From assembly GCA_030390025.1 (NCBI GenBank), contig CM059438.1:69256001-69320000 (forward strand): DNA of 64,000 bases, given 5' to 3'. The notes beneath the pieces were generated by a model. That model was not told the origin of the DNA. It searched no databases and saw nothing but the letters and a program-made list of their open reading frames with translations. Positions 1 to 12,800 of the stretch are shown piece by piece. How positions within the stretch are numbered: the stretch's first letter is position 1; every line of letters starts with the position of its first letter. A program made the translations under genes and the position numbers. Source of the stretch: Squalus acanthias (Eukaryota).

Positions 1-1654
1 TTTTTCATTCTTGTCTTTGTTATTATTAGAATGGAACTAAAATAATCAGTAGCAGAAGGCAAAATTGTTGTGGAAGGGCCGTTACATTAACTAGACTGTG
101 CCTTTAATTTTACAGTGCAATTCTGAAGCCAGGAAATTTGAGGCCTTATATGTGTGGTCGGGCTTATCGCCTGAGGACCTGTGTTGCCTAAAATGAAGTG
201 CTCATCCTATTACTTAAGAGTATTTGCCTTCTCAATGAGCATCATCCAGCTTTATTGATCCATTTGAATTACCTCTGAGCAAAGTGATGAGATCAAAAGT
301 GTTGACATTCTGGCGCAGTGCGTGCATTACTGGTGTTGCAAAAAATATGTTTGCTTTCCACTGTCTCAGGAATTGTGTGAGCCTGTCAATCCCCCACAAG
401 ACAAGACCGTTTTAATAGAGGTCGTCCCCAACTCCTAAACGAAAGAGCAGCAGATCCCAGCTATCTACAGGACGGCTTTCTTCACAGTTCCATCAGAATC
501 TGATACAAACTGCCAGCAGCCGTTTCCCCGCAGCTGTGGCATGAACCTTGCTGTGTTGTCATCAATAGTTGCACTGGTTTTGCAGGGTCCAAGACCTATC
601 TTAAGAATTGGTTCTCAGCAGTAGCAGCCCACTGTACATGCCAGCAATTCAGTTTTTGGCTGAGCAGTTAGGAAAAGCCAGATGGAAACTCATAAAACTG
701 TGCAATAGATCTTTTGTCATTCTGGTGCTTTGGAATTCATTCCACATTATAAAGCGTTTTCACCTTGCGGCTCCACTTTCGGGAGAGTGGCACAATGCCA
801 GCCAACTAGCTCAGGTTTCCGCTCCCCCACCCAAACCCGCCCCCCCCACCTCCGATTTATTTTACCACCATAGGATGGCAATTGGGAATAGGGATACTCA
901 TTTGCTGCACATCATTGCGACGCATTTACAATGGGCTCCTCTGACTCAACAGATATATGACGCTGTGAGTGTCATAACATCAGACGCAGTATGTTTTATG
1001 GAGCCAGCAGTACTGGCTCAAAGTCCCCACAAAAAGACATGTCTCCATTGCCGTTGCAACAACGTAGGTCAGGTCACTTGTATTGCCAAGCGCGGCCGAC
1101 AGCAGGAGAATCGCACACTGGCTATTGACCGTGCTGCAGCAATGGAAAAGCACCTAAAAACCGGGCAGATTCCACAGCGCCGGGGACCTTCAGGCAATAG
1201 TGCAAAATGACCTGTTGGAGCAGTTCTGCAATATTAAAATGCCACAACTTGGCACGTTCTGGCACACAATGCATGTGAGGGTTTTTTTTTTTAAGCGGAT
1301 GTAAATCCAATTTGAAGTAGGTGCTGTTTCCATCAGATATCCGCATGCCACACTTCAGAACATCAGAATCCAGAAATATTCAGCCTCATCAATCTGAAGG
1401 CAGAGGTAGTGTGCCGGCGTTTCAGCCACAGGCATGATTGTGAGGCTGTGGTTGATTGGAAATGTAAATACGTGCTTCTTTCAAATTCTCAACGACTGAA
1501 ATACGTCTTCCAGTTCTTTCCTTCCCCTCCCCCACTCATGGCCGAACGTTGTGGTATCGTTATGGCAGGTCAATGGCTAAACTGTTTTCAGGACCAGCAA
1601 GAGCCTGATCTTTCAACAATTCAACTGGTGCTACAAAGTATTATAAAGTATTTG

Positions 1655-2375
1655 CAGCACAGAAACTGGCCATTCGGCCCAACAGATGGGTTTCTGCTCC
1701 ACACGAGCCCTCCTCCAGCTCCTCTTCATCTAACCCCATCAACATATCCTTCTATTCCTTTCTCCCTCATGTGCTTATCTAGCTTCCCTTTGAATGCATC
1801 GATGCTAATTGCCCCAACCACTCCCTGTGGTAGTGAGTTCCACATTCTCACCACTCTCTGGGGACATCAGTTCCTCCTCAATTCCCTACTGGATTTATTA
1901 GTGATATCTTATATTTATGGCCCCTCGTTCTGGTCTCGCCCACAAATGGAATTTCTTCTCTACGTCTAGACTATCAAATCCTTTCATAATCTTGAAGACC
2001 TCTATCAGGTCACCCCTCTGTCTTCTCTTTTCTAGAGAAAAGAGCCCCAGTCTGTTCAATCTTTCCTGATAGGTATAACCTCTCAGTTCTGGTATCATTC
2101 TAGTAAAAAAAATTGCACCTTCTCCAGTGCCTCTATGTCCTTTTTATAATATGGAGACCAGAACTGTTCACAGTACTCCAAGTCTGGTCTAACCAAGGCT
2201 CTATACAAGTTTAACAAAACTTCTCGGCTTTTCAATTTTATCTCTCTAGAAATGAACCCCATTGCTTTGCTTGCTTTTGTTAATGGCCTTATTAACCTTA
2301 TTCTTCCTACCAAAATGTACTACCTCACACTTACCAATAAAGTTCCTTTGCCAATTACATGACCATTCTGCAAGT
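1655..2375 (-). mobile_element. CR1 LINE 3' fragment (RT C-terminus and 3'UTR)
   Basis: Minus-strand ORFs read LYRALVRPDLEYCEQFWSPYYKKDIEALEKVQ and YQERLNRLGLFSLEKRR, the CR1 ORF2 C-terminus. Confidence 0.9.
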
Positions 2376-2379
2376 GTCA

Positions 2380-4207
2380 AGCTTCCTCTGAGGATCCCCC
2401 CCCTGCACTAGCCCTGAACTCACACCTTTCTCGAGTTTCTCTCCTATCTCCACTCATGCCCTCCCTGAGCTCATCATCTCCATGAGACCCACTTCCTGCT
2501 CCCTCGACCCTATTTCCACTAAACTGCTGACCACCCAACTTCCCTTCCTGGCTCCCATGTTAGCTGATATTATGAATGGTTCTCTCTCCTCAGGTATTGT
2601 CCCCCTCTCCTTCAAATCTGACGTCATTACCCCTCTCCTCAAAAAAAACAATCCTTGACCAATGTTCCTGTTAAGCTGCATGGCCACATGGCCAGCTTCA
2701 CAATGGAAAAACTGCGCATGCGCGGAAATTTGAATGGGCCACGCAGCCCGTTAAAGGGGCCGCGCACCCAAAAAATAATTAAAGGGAACATTGACCTTGA
2801 CTCCTCCATCCTTGCAAACTACCGCCCCATCTCCAACCTCCCTTTCCTCTCCAAAGTCCTTGAACATGTTGTTGTGTTTTCGCCTCCCAAATCCATGCCC
2901 ATCTTTCCTGGAACTCCATATTTGAATCCCTCCAATCAGGTTTCCGCCCCTGCCGCAGTACCGAAACGGCTCTTATCAAAGTCACAAATGACATCCTATG
3001 TAACTGTGACAAAGGTAGATTATCCCTCCTCATCCTTCTCGACCTGTCTGCAGTCTTTTACACGGTTGACCACACCATCCTCCTCCACCGTCATCCAGCT
3101 GGGTGGGACTGCACTCGCCTGGTTCCATTCTTATCTATCTAATCATAGCCAGAGAATAACCTGCAATGGCTCTTCTTCCCTCTCCCGCATCGTTACCTCT
3201 GGTGTCCCCCAAGGATCTATTCTTGGCCCCCTCCTATTTCTCATCTACAAGCTGCCCTTCGGCGACATCATTCAAAAACACAGGGACAGTTTCCGCATGT
3301 ACGCTGACAACACCCAGCTCTACCTCACCACCACGTCTCTTGACCCCTCCATGGTCTCTAAATTGTCAGTGGTTTCCTCCAACTAAATATTGGGAAGACC
3401 AAAGCCATTGTCTTCGGTCCCCGCCACAAACTCCATTCCCTAGTCACCAACTCCATCCCTCTCCCTGGCAACTGTCTGAGGCTGAACCAGACTGTTCGCA
3501 ACCTTGGTGTCATATTTGACCCCGAGATGAGCTTCCGACCACATATCCGTGCCATCACTAAGACCGCCTAATTCCACCTCCGGAACATCGCCTGACTCTG
3601 TTCCTGCCTCAACTCATCTGCTGCTGAAACCCTCATCCATGCCTTTCTTACCTCTAGACTTGACTATTCCAATGCACTCCTGGTTGGACTCCCATGTTCT
3701 ACCCTCTGTAAACTTGAGGTCATCCAAAACTCGCGCACCAAGTCTCATTCACCCATTACCCCTGTGCTCACTGACCTAGATTGGCTCCCAGTTAAGCAAC
3801 ACCTCGATTTTAAAATTCTTATCCTTGTTTTTAAATCCCTCCATGACCTCGACCCTCCCTGTCTCTGTAATATCCTTTAGCCCCACAACCCTCTGAGATA
3901 TCTGCACTCCTCTAATTCTGGCCTCTTGAGCATCCCTGATTTTAATCACTCCACCATTGGTGGCCGTGCCTTCAGCTGCCAAGGCCCTAAGCTCTGGAAT
4001 TCCCTCCCTAAACCTCTCCGCCTCTCTACCTCTCTTTCCTCCTTTAAGATGCTCCTTAAAGCCTACTTATTTGACCAAGCTTTTGGCCATCTGCCCTAAT
4101 ATCTCCTTATGTGGCTCGGTGTCAAATTTTGTTTGATAACGCTCCTGTGACCCGCCTTGGGATGTTTTACTACATTAAAGGCGCTATATAAATACAAGTT
4201 GTTGCTG
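2380..4207 (+). mobile_element. L2 LINE, 5'-truncated, frameshifted RT plus 3' end
   Basis: NYRPISNLPFLSKVLE, GVPQGSILGPLLFLIY and YADNTQLY motifs; ends AAGGCGCTATATAAATACAAGTTGTTG. Confidence 0.9.
2660..2793. mobile_element. hAT-like MITE (134 bp) inserted in the L2
   Basis: TIRs CAATGTTCC...GGAACATTG; 8-bp TSD TCCTTGAC/ACCTTGAC (7/8 match). Confidence 0.75.
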
Positions 4208-4431
4208 AAGCTGAGTTCTATATTGGCTGTTATGATTTGTTTGTCGCTAAAAGCATTTGCATTCAGTTATCATTATCTGTTACTGACCTTCTTCCAAGAT
4301 GCGATCATTGCTCAACAGAATTATTAAATGTTGCTGCAAAATTAATTCTGCATTTTACCTGTCAAGAGGGAAATGTCAGCCAAATGGAATAATGCATGGT
4401 TAGTTTGAAAGCAAATAAAGACTTTTCTTTA

Positions 4432-4838
4432 AAGGACGTCACAAAACACTTTGCAGCCAATGAAGTACTTTTGAAGTGTATTCACTGATGTAATGTAGGA
4501 AAAGCAGCAGCTAATTTGTACACAGCAAGGTCCCCCAAATAGGAATTAAATAAATGACCAGATAGACTGTTTTAGTTGTTGATTGAGGGATAAATATTGA
4601 CCAGGACACCGGGACAACTCCCCTGCTCTTCTTTGAATAGTGTTTTAGGATCTGATGCATCCAACTGAGAGGGCCTCGGTTCAACATCTACTCTGAAAGA
4701 CAGCTCCTCAGAAGTTGCTGCATTCCTTCATTATTGCACTGAAGTGGCAGCCTCGATTATGTGTTCAAGTGTCTGTAGTGGGCTTGAATCCATGGCCTTC
4801 TGACTCGTGGCAAGAGTGCAACAACTGAGCCAAGGCTG
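4432..4838 (-). mobile_element. tRNA-head DeuSINE (SacSINE1/AmnSINE1-like), diverged
   Basis: Reverse complement aligns by eye with the copy at 39826-40290 (A-box head and Deu domain). Confidence 0.8.
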
Positions 4839-6269
4839 GGTTTGTATTACCGCACAACTTGCTGAGTTTTACTATTTTTCAGAACACATTGGATTGGATT
4901 GGACTGGGCTGTTCCCTTTCACAGTTACCGCTCCAACGTAGTCCATATCCCTCGTTGAGCGTGTGATGCCAGCTTCCTCTCGGGTTCAGGCGCAGTCTCG
5001 CCTATAAAGCAGAAACCTTTGAACAGCAGCACACGTTGGGGTGGATTTTTTGTGTGACCACTTCCGTTGGATGGGAGGCAGATGGAGCATGCCTGCCGTG
5101 CACCCGCCCAAATGAAATGCTCCGAGACACAACCAAGTCTCATGGTCAGGCTTCATTACCATTCCATTGGCAAGTTGTAAACGAGCTCGCCTCTGATTAA
5201 TGAGCTGCTCCGAAAATCCGATGGCTCCTCTGTGGAGCTCAGCTGGTGGAGGGGCTCGACAACAATGTTTTCAACCCTGGTTTTAAACATTTTCTAGGCA
5301 GCCTGCAGTGGTCCATTTAAGGACCGCAGGTTAGCCTGCTCAATACTAAATACAGAGCTCTGCCCCTTGGTACTTCCAATCCGCATTATGGCTCCTATCC
5401 TATTCATAGCACCCGGATTTGAAGGGCTAATGAGGTACCTGCCTGTTTCCTACCCTGGCTCAGTTAGGACCTGGTTTATCTTTGGTATACCAAGTGAGTT
5501 GAGATACATTGGCATCCAGGATGGTGAAATTGGGCCCCAATAGTCAGAACCAGGCCAGGAAAATGCCCTGGACCCAGAAGAAAGAGCTGATTATCTTTTA
5601 AATTAAAAAAAACAAGTCAGCCCTCTTACACTGGAGGCTGAGGGCGACATAGCCAGGGGTGGGGGAAGGCCTCAGCAACACCCCTCTCACACGCCTGGCA
5701 GGTGCCAGATTCTCCAACCGCATAGGGTGGGCGGGTGCTCAAGATGCTAAAATACTGGGACTGGCGCCTGTCTGCTCCATGCAAATTAATGTCCACCCGC
5801 TTGCCTCCACGAACTCTGTCAGGGTCAGTGTTGGAGGGAATCAGTGGACTCAGTCCTGGTCTGACCAGCTGGGCTCATGTTCTGAGGTATTTCACAACTG
5901 TAGAACTTTTGGCCCCAGTTTACATTTCAGAACTTTCCAAACAGCCCACTTAAAAATCGGACAGTCAGTCCGAAGGTAGACAGGCAGCAAGCCCGAATGT
6001 CGCAGGTAGTCACGCAAGGGTCAGAGAACATCCATCCTGCGGTGGTGCATCCGCACAAACTTTGGTTTGTGTTGCTGACGTCGGGATCTGCTGATCTTCT
6101 GGGCTGTGATCTGTGAGGCTGAATTCAAAGGGCAACTGTGCACCTGCAGATACCTGGCGCCTCGGAGAAATATGAATTTCCAGCACAGGTATCTGTGTAA
6201 CTGGTTCTGCCTTTTATAAACTCGTTACATTTTTGAATTAGCAAGAATGATCAAGTGAACCCACCGTAG

Positions 6270-6378
6270 GAGGCTAATGAAACAATGTGTACCTTTCCTT
6301 ATTGCTGCAAAATCCACCTCCACACAATGGGGAATTTCTGACTTTGATGATTACATAGAGGATTTCTCTCTGGTGATG
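6270..6378 (+). CDS. Possible host-gene exon (RLMKQCVPFLIAAKSTSTQWGISDFDDYIEDFSLVM)
   Basis: Non-repetitive open frame between TAG| and a strong ATG|GTGAGT donor; polypyrimidine tract is weak. Confidence 0.3.
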
Positions 6379-6879
6379 GTGAGTTATGGCTGTTCTTTTA
6401 CTCGTATGAGAGACTCATAACTCACAAGCACTGCAGGTGCAGCACTGCAAGGCAATTTCTAATGGTATCTCCTAGTGAATGCCTGGAATCTGCTGTTACA
6501 AGTGAAAGATTCTATTTATTCAAAAGGGCACATAGTTCATGGATAAGCATGTCTTTGAATAAATTCAAGTACACCTGCAGCAGTTTCTGATCATTCAGCG
6601 TAAGGAACGAATTCCTATTTTTGATTTTAACATGTTACTAATCTGTAGTTGAGTTGTCTGTCCCATATGTCCATTTGGTATTTCACTCATCATTCAGGAA
6701 CGGCGTGATTGTGAATATATTATCTGGCACGTGGTTACAAGGGACCAATCCCTGTACTGCCGCTGAATGCAAGAGTAGGGGTGGAAGGTTGAACTGGGTT
6801 GGAGGGGGAGAAAAGTACCACGTTAAATTAACAGGGGACAAAGAGAAGAGTGCCATTATGAACTAGGGGTGGGGGCAGG

Positions 6880-7400
6880 GGAGGGGAGCAGTTAAGGAGA
6901 AGTGTCTTTGGGAGAAGGTGGGGATAAATATAGACAGTGAAGAGCAACAGTCTTAACATGGATCCCTGTGGAACAATTTGGCACCTTGTTAAAAACTTGT
7001 TGAAAATCCAAATATATGATGTCGACTGGCCTATCTTCACCCACCAACCTAGTAACTACCTCATAAATTTCAACCAAATTGGTGAGATAGGGCCTTCTTT
7101 TCCAGAGACCATATTGAAACTCTCTAATAACCCCTTCTCTGTCTGGGCAGCCATATAAAGTATGTCTAATGATCCCATCTAGCCACTTGCCCATAACTGA
7201 AGTCAAGCTAATTTCCCAGTTCTGACTTGTTGGCCTTTTTGAATATTGGTATAACATTAGCCTCCTTCTGCTCCATGGGAAGAATCCCTGACCGTAAAAG
7301 CCTTTAAATATATAAGCAAGGGGTTCACTTATCACAGCTCCCATGTCTTTGAACTTCAGTGTTAACTGTACATTGCAATAATGGCAACTGAGCATAGTCT
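6880..7400 (-). mobile_element. Old CR1 RT fragment
   Basis: ISLTSVMGKWL...LTNLVEIYE...VDIIYLDFQQVFNKVP. Confidence 0.8.
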
Positions 7401-8429
7401 AGTGGAGTGAATACCGATGCAAAGTAGCCATTTAAAACCTCTGCCCTGGCAAATCCTTTAATGGTACTGACGTAAGAAAACTACTTGGCACTTGGTCTAA
7501 GCATTAAACAAAGCTTTAATCAACTGTTTCTTCAACATGGAGATCTAGTTGTGTCCTTCACTAGTTCCTGTTAAAGAATGTCCTGAGCAAGCTGGGCCCA
7601 TTGCCCGAGTATTTATACTCTCCCTGGACAGCGCCACCAGCAGGCCGCCCAGTATTATTTCACAAGTCATTTCCACATGAATGACAAGATTCATGTCAGG
7701 TACTATGTAGTCGTTTATTACCCTCTGACTCCTAACATAGCTTAACAAAAGGTTTTACTATTGTTACTGCAGTTGTCCACTATCTTCTTCTCCAAAGAGC
7801 TTTTGCCCACTCTGACAGCAGCTTTTGTTGCCTTTAGCTGAGCTGGATACCTATCCTGTTCTCTTGCGAGTTATTTTCCTTTAGTCTGAAAAAGTATTTT
7901 GGCTTGAGTCTAATTTATCCTTGCGCATGGCTGCTTTGGCTTTCTTCTACCTTTTTCTGACTCTAAGGACATACATGACTTTCTTTTGCATCAGAAGGGT
8001 TTAAAGGGTATTCCATTTTTCTTATGTGTTGCAAGCTTCCCTTCTCAGTAGAGTTGTCCAATCCACCCTACTCAAGTCCTCTGTCATTGTTGCAAATTTT
8101 GCCTCTTGATATCTGGACCTAACTTTAGTTTGATTGATTCAATGGTCACTGTGCAATTGAAGTTCTTCGAGGTTTTAAAGACATTCAATGCATAATAGTG
8201 AGGGGTTGAACCTTTCTTTTCCTCCTCTTTTTCCAAGAAATGCTGACTTATACCGGAGTGCATCTTCATGGATGCTTGTAGCCATCTACTCCCTTGCCCA
8301 AGCTTTGCTGAGTGAGTGTTGGCAGGCTGCTTAAATGTGGGGGACATCACGGGCAAACCTGATCCTTTTGGCACCCAAGGTTCAACTTCCAGCAGAGCTC
8401 ACTGTATTGCAATCAAAAGCAGGAATCCT

Positions 8430-8750
8430 CCTGGGGAAATCTGGAACTCGGGGGCACAGTTTCAGAATAAAGGGTCGCCCTTTTAGAACTGAGATGAGGA
8501 GGAATTTCTTCTCTCATAGGGTCGTAAATCTGTGGAATTCTCTGCCCCAGAGAGCTGTGGAGGCTGGGTCATTAAATACATTTAAGGTGAAGATCGACAG
8601 ATTTTTGCAAGATAAGGGAGTGAAGGGTAATGGGGAGCGGGCAGGGAAGTGACTTTGAGCCCAAGATCAGCCATGATCTTATTGAATGGCAGAGCAGGCT
8701 CGAGGGGCCAAGTGGCCTACTCCTGCTCCTATTTCTTATGTTCTTATGTT
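8430..8750 (+). mobile_element. CR1 3' end
   Basis: RGHSFRIKGRPFRTEMRRNFFSHRVVNLWNSLP followed by the CR1 3'UTR and a TTCTTATG tail. Confidence 0.9.
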
Positions 8751-9861
8751 TTTATGATTTCTGGTGTTATACCCTGCGCGATTTAATGGAGAGTAAAATT
8801 GGGCGGGGTGTAAAACCAAATCCCGTGGGTTTCCAGCTCGGCGGGTTTGGTTAAAATTACCCTCCATGTCTCTGGTTATACTGCTTACAACAACAAACCT
8901 CTCACACTCCTCGGCTTGTCCAATGTTGAGAGCTGTTGATGTGTACGGTACAACATGAAAAATTCTTACTATACCACTCGATACCACAGTTTGAAGAGGA
9001 AAAGGTACCCAGCTGTACTGCATAATTTCTGTCTGAGTATTTGTGTTTGCATTGAAGCAGTCAGCAAAGTTTTGGTAATTTGCAGTTTGCATTTTGCTGA
9101 GTCTGGTCTGACACTTCGGTCACACGAATTAACCTCTCAATATTTGTTCGTAAAAAAAAAAAGACACCCTTGCGAAGAATTGATTGGCTGATTATGTGTA
9201 AACTCAATTGGTGAGGCAGAAACTGCAGCTCATTAAAACTGTAGGAAGAAAAAAATGTGCCCTTGAGTGAAGAATCTTGTGTGGTGCAAAATTTTATAAT
9301 AAAGCAAATGATATGACTGTCTGTTCTGGTATTTGACCAACCTCCCTGAAAGATGGGTCAGGGCTTCAAAGGGCATCTTGTTTCACAGATGTTAAGAGGA
9401 TTTTAATGCCAAATATTTCAAGGCTTCAAAAGATGCAGCATGTTAATGGGGAGCTACGCTTCATATTCTACCTTGTGTTGCGTACACCACTCGTACTTAG
9501 ATGGGATTTATATCCAATAAAAGACATTGCAGATCTTGGATTGAGCTTGGATGCAAAATGTTAAGAAGGGGGCATGAATTGAATGTGTTCACACGCCAAT
9601 GACAAAGAGATAATTATACCTTCAAAGTGGCCTGCTGGTTTGAGCAGAAATGCATATGAGATGAAACGTATGAAGGATAGCACCAGTCTGCATCTGTTTA
9701 ACTGCGAAAAAGTTATGCTCAGTGAAGATTTACTTCTAAACTATCAGCAATTTGTTTGATTCAGAAATACAGGTTTCCCTTGCAAATGTTGTTATTATCA
9801 GAATATGAGTTTCTCTGTAAACATCAGATTTAGATGATCCAGGGATCAGATTGAATGCCAT

Positions 9862-12800
9862 GGTGGCTAAATTGGGTTATGTAGCGGCTGTTTCTAAGGC
9901 TCGAAAATGGAGTCCGAGATGCACCCGCACACTTCCGACGGGAAGTGAGCCGGACGCCATCTTGGTAAAGGGGTTTGCGCGCATGCAACTAACGTCCGGC
10001 AGCAGCACCCAGAATAGCCAGCGCTGCAATTTTCGAACTCCACATTCCAGCCAATGTCCTGTCTTAACCTCACACAGCTGAAGACGACGTTAAATGAAAT
10101 GAAGGACCCCCCACCAGCACTATTTAAAGGGATCATGAAGTAATTACATGTTAGTTTCTGGATTATGTCTTCTGGCTGCTGGTGCAATTGTATGTGTTTT
10201 TGGAGCTTTCCTATACTTGGCTAAAATTTAAATAGTCGACAGAGAGTGGTCTGGCTGGCACTGAAGTACTTTTCTGTTCATTTAAAAGCTTGTGCTGCAA
10301 CAAGTTGCTTCCAGACATGGGTGGACTGGTGGGGCTTCCTCTGGGAATTGATCATGACAGGGAGAATCCTTCATTCTGCAGCAGTCTTCTGTGCCACCTG
10401 TATTTGACTCACCATGGCAAGTCAAAGTCTGGCTACTGGGCGACAAGGGTTATACATCCATGACAAGGCACATAACTCCAGTCCAGAACCCACGCACACG
10501 TGCACAGCATGCCTGCAATCAAAGCCATGCTACCACAAGGAACATACGAACATATGAACATACGAATTAGGAGCAGGAGTAGGCCATTCGGCCCTTCGAG
10601 CCTGCTCCGCAATTCAATAAGATCATGGCTGATCCGATTACTCCACATTCCCGCCTACCCCCAATAACTTTTCATCCCCTTGCTTACCGAGAATCTAGCT
10701 ACCTCTGCCTTAAAAATATTCAAAGATTCTGCTTCCACTGCCCTCTGAGGAAGAGAGTCCCAAAGACTCACGACACTCTGAGAAAAAAATTCTCCTCATC
10801 TCTGTCTTAAATGGGTGACCCCTTATTTTTAAACAGTGACCCCCCTAGTTCTAGATTCTCCTACAAGAGGAAACATCCTCTCCACATCCACCCTGTCCAG
10901 ACCCCTCAGGATCTTATATGTTTCAATCAAGTCACCTCTTACTCTTCTATACTCCAGTGGATACAAGCCTAGCCTGTCTAACCTTTCCTCATAAGACAAC
11001 CCGCCCATTCCAGGTATTAGTCTAGTAAACCTTCTCTGAACTGCTTCCAATGCATTTACATCCTTCCTTAAATAAGGAGACCAATACTGTACCCAGTACT
11101 CCAGATGTGATCTCACCAATGCCCTGTATAACTGAAGCATAACCTCCCTACATTTCTATTCAATTCCCCTCACAATAAACGATAACATTCTATTAGGTTT
11201 CCTAATTACTTGCTGTACCTGCATAGTAACCTTTTGCGATTAATGCACGAGCACACCCAGATCCCTCTGCATCTCAAAGCTCTGCAATCTCTCACCATTT
11301 AGATAATATGCTTCTTTTTTATTCTTCCTGCCAAAATGGACAACTTCACATTTTCCCACATTATACTTCATTTGCCAGATCTTTGCCCACTCACTTAACC
11401 TATCTATATCCCTTTGTAGCCTTTTACTTTCCTACCTACCTTAGTGTCATCAGCAAATTTAGCAACCATACCTTCGGTCCCTTCATCCAAGTCATTTATA
11501 TAAATTGTAAAATGTTGAGGCCCCAGCACTGATCCCTGTGGCACACCACTCGTTACATCTTGCCAATTAGAAAATGACCCATTTATGCCAACTCTATGTT
11601 TCCTGTTAGCTAGCCAATCTTCTATCCATGCCAATATGTTACCCCCTACAACATGAGCTTTTATTTTCCGCAATAACCTTTGATGTGGCACCTTATCAAA
11701 TGCCTTCTGGAAATCTAAGTACAGTACATCCACTGGTTCCCCTTTATCCACAGCACATGTTACTTCCTCAAAGAACTCCAATTAATTGGTTAAACATGAT
11801 TTCCCTTGCACAAAACCATGTTGACTCTGCCTGATTACTTTGAACTTTTCCAAGTGCCCTGCTATAACGTCTTTAATACTAGCTTCTAGAATCTTCCCTA
11901 TGACAGATGTTAAGCTAACTGGCCTGTAGTTTCCTGCTTTCTGTCTCCCTCCCTTTTTGAATAAAGGAGTTACATTTGCTATTTTCCAATCTAATGGAAC
12001 CTTTCCCAAATCTAGGGAATTTTGGAAAATTAAAGCCAACGCATCAACTATCTCACTAGCCACTTCTTTTAAGACCTTAGGATGAGGTCCATCAGGACTC
12101 GGGGACTTGTCAGCCCGCAGCTCCAACAATTTGCTCAGTACCACGTCCCTGGTGATTATCATTTTCTTGAGTTCCTCCCTCCCTTCCATTTCCTGATTTA
12201 CAGCTATTTCTGGGATGTTACTTGTATCCTCTATAGTGAAGAGCGATGCAAAATACCTGTTCAATTCAACTGCCATCTCCTTATTTTCCATTATTAATTC
12301 CCCAGATTCACTTTTTATAGGTCCAACCCTCACTTTGTTAACTCTTTTATTTTTAAAATATCTATAGAAACTCTTACTATCTGTTTTTATATTTCTAGCT
12401 AGCTTTCTCTCGTACTCTAATTTTTCTCTCCTTATTAATCTTTTAGTGATTCTTTGCTGTTTTTTATATTCTGCCCAATCTTCTGACCTGCCACCCATCT
12501 TTGTGCAATTATATGCTTTTTCTTTAAGTTTAATACTATCTTTAACTATTTTAGTTAACCACGGATGGTGGGTCCTCCCCTTGGAATTTTTCTTTCTTGT
12601 TGGAATGTATATATTCTGTGTATTTTGAAATATCCCCTTAAATGTCTGCCACTGCAACTCTATTGACCTATCCCTTAACCTAATTTGCCAGTTCACTTTA
12701 GCTAGCTCTGCTTTCATGCCCTCATAATTGCCCTTATTTAAGTTTAAAATGCTAGTCTTGGACCCACTCTTCTCTCTCTCAAACTGAATGTAAAATTCAA

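Noticed and set aside
370..545. Exon after the strong acceptor TTTCCACTGTCTCAG
   Set aside because: All three frames reach stops and no convincing donor follows.
608..1969. 200-aa and 186-aa ORFs
   Set aside because: Non-ATG starts, no recognisable domains, and the second runs into an antisense CR1 3'UTR.
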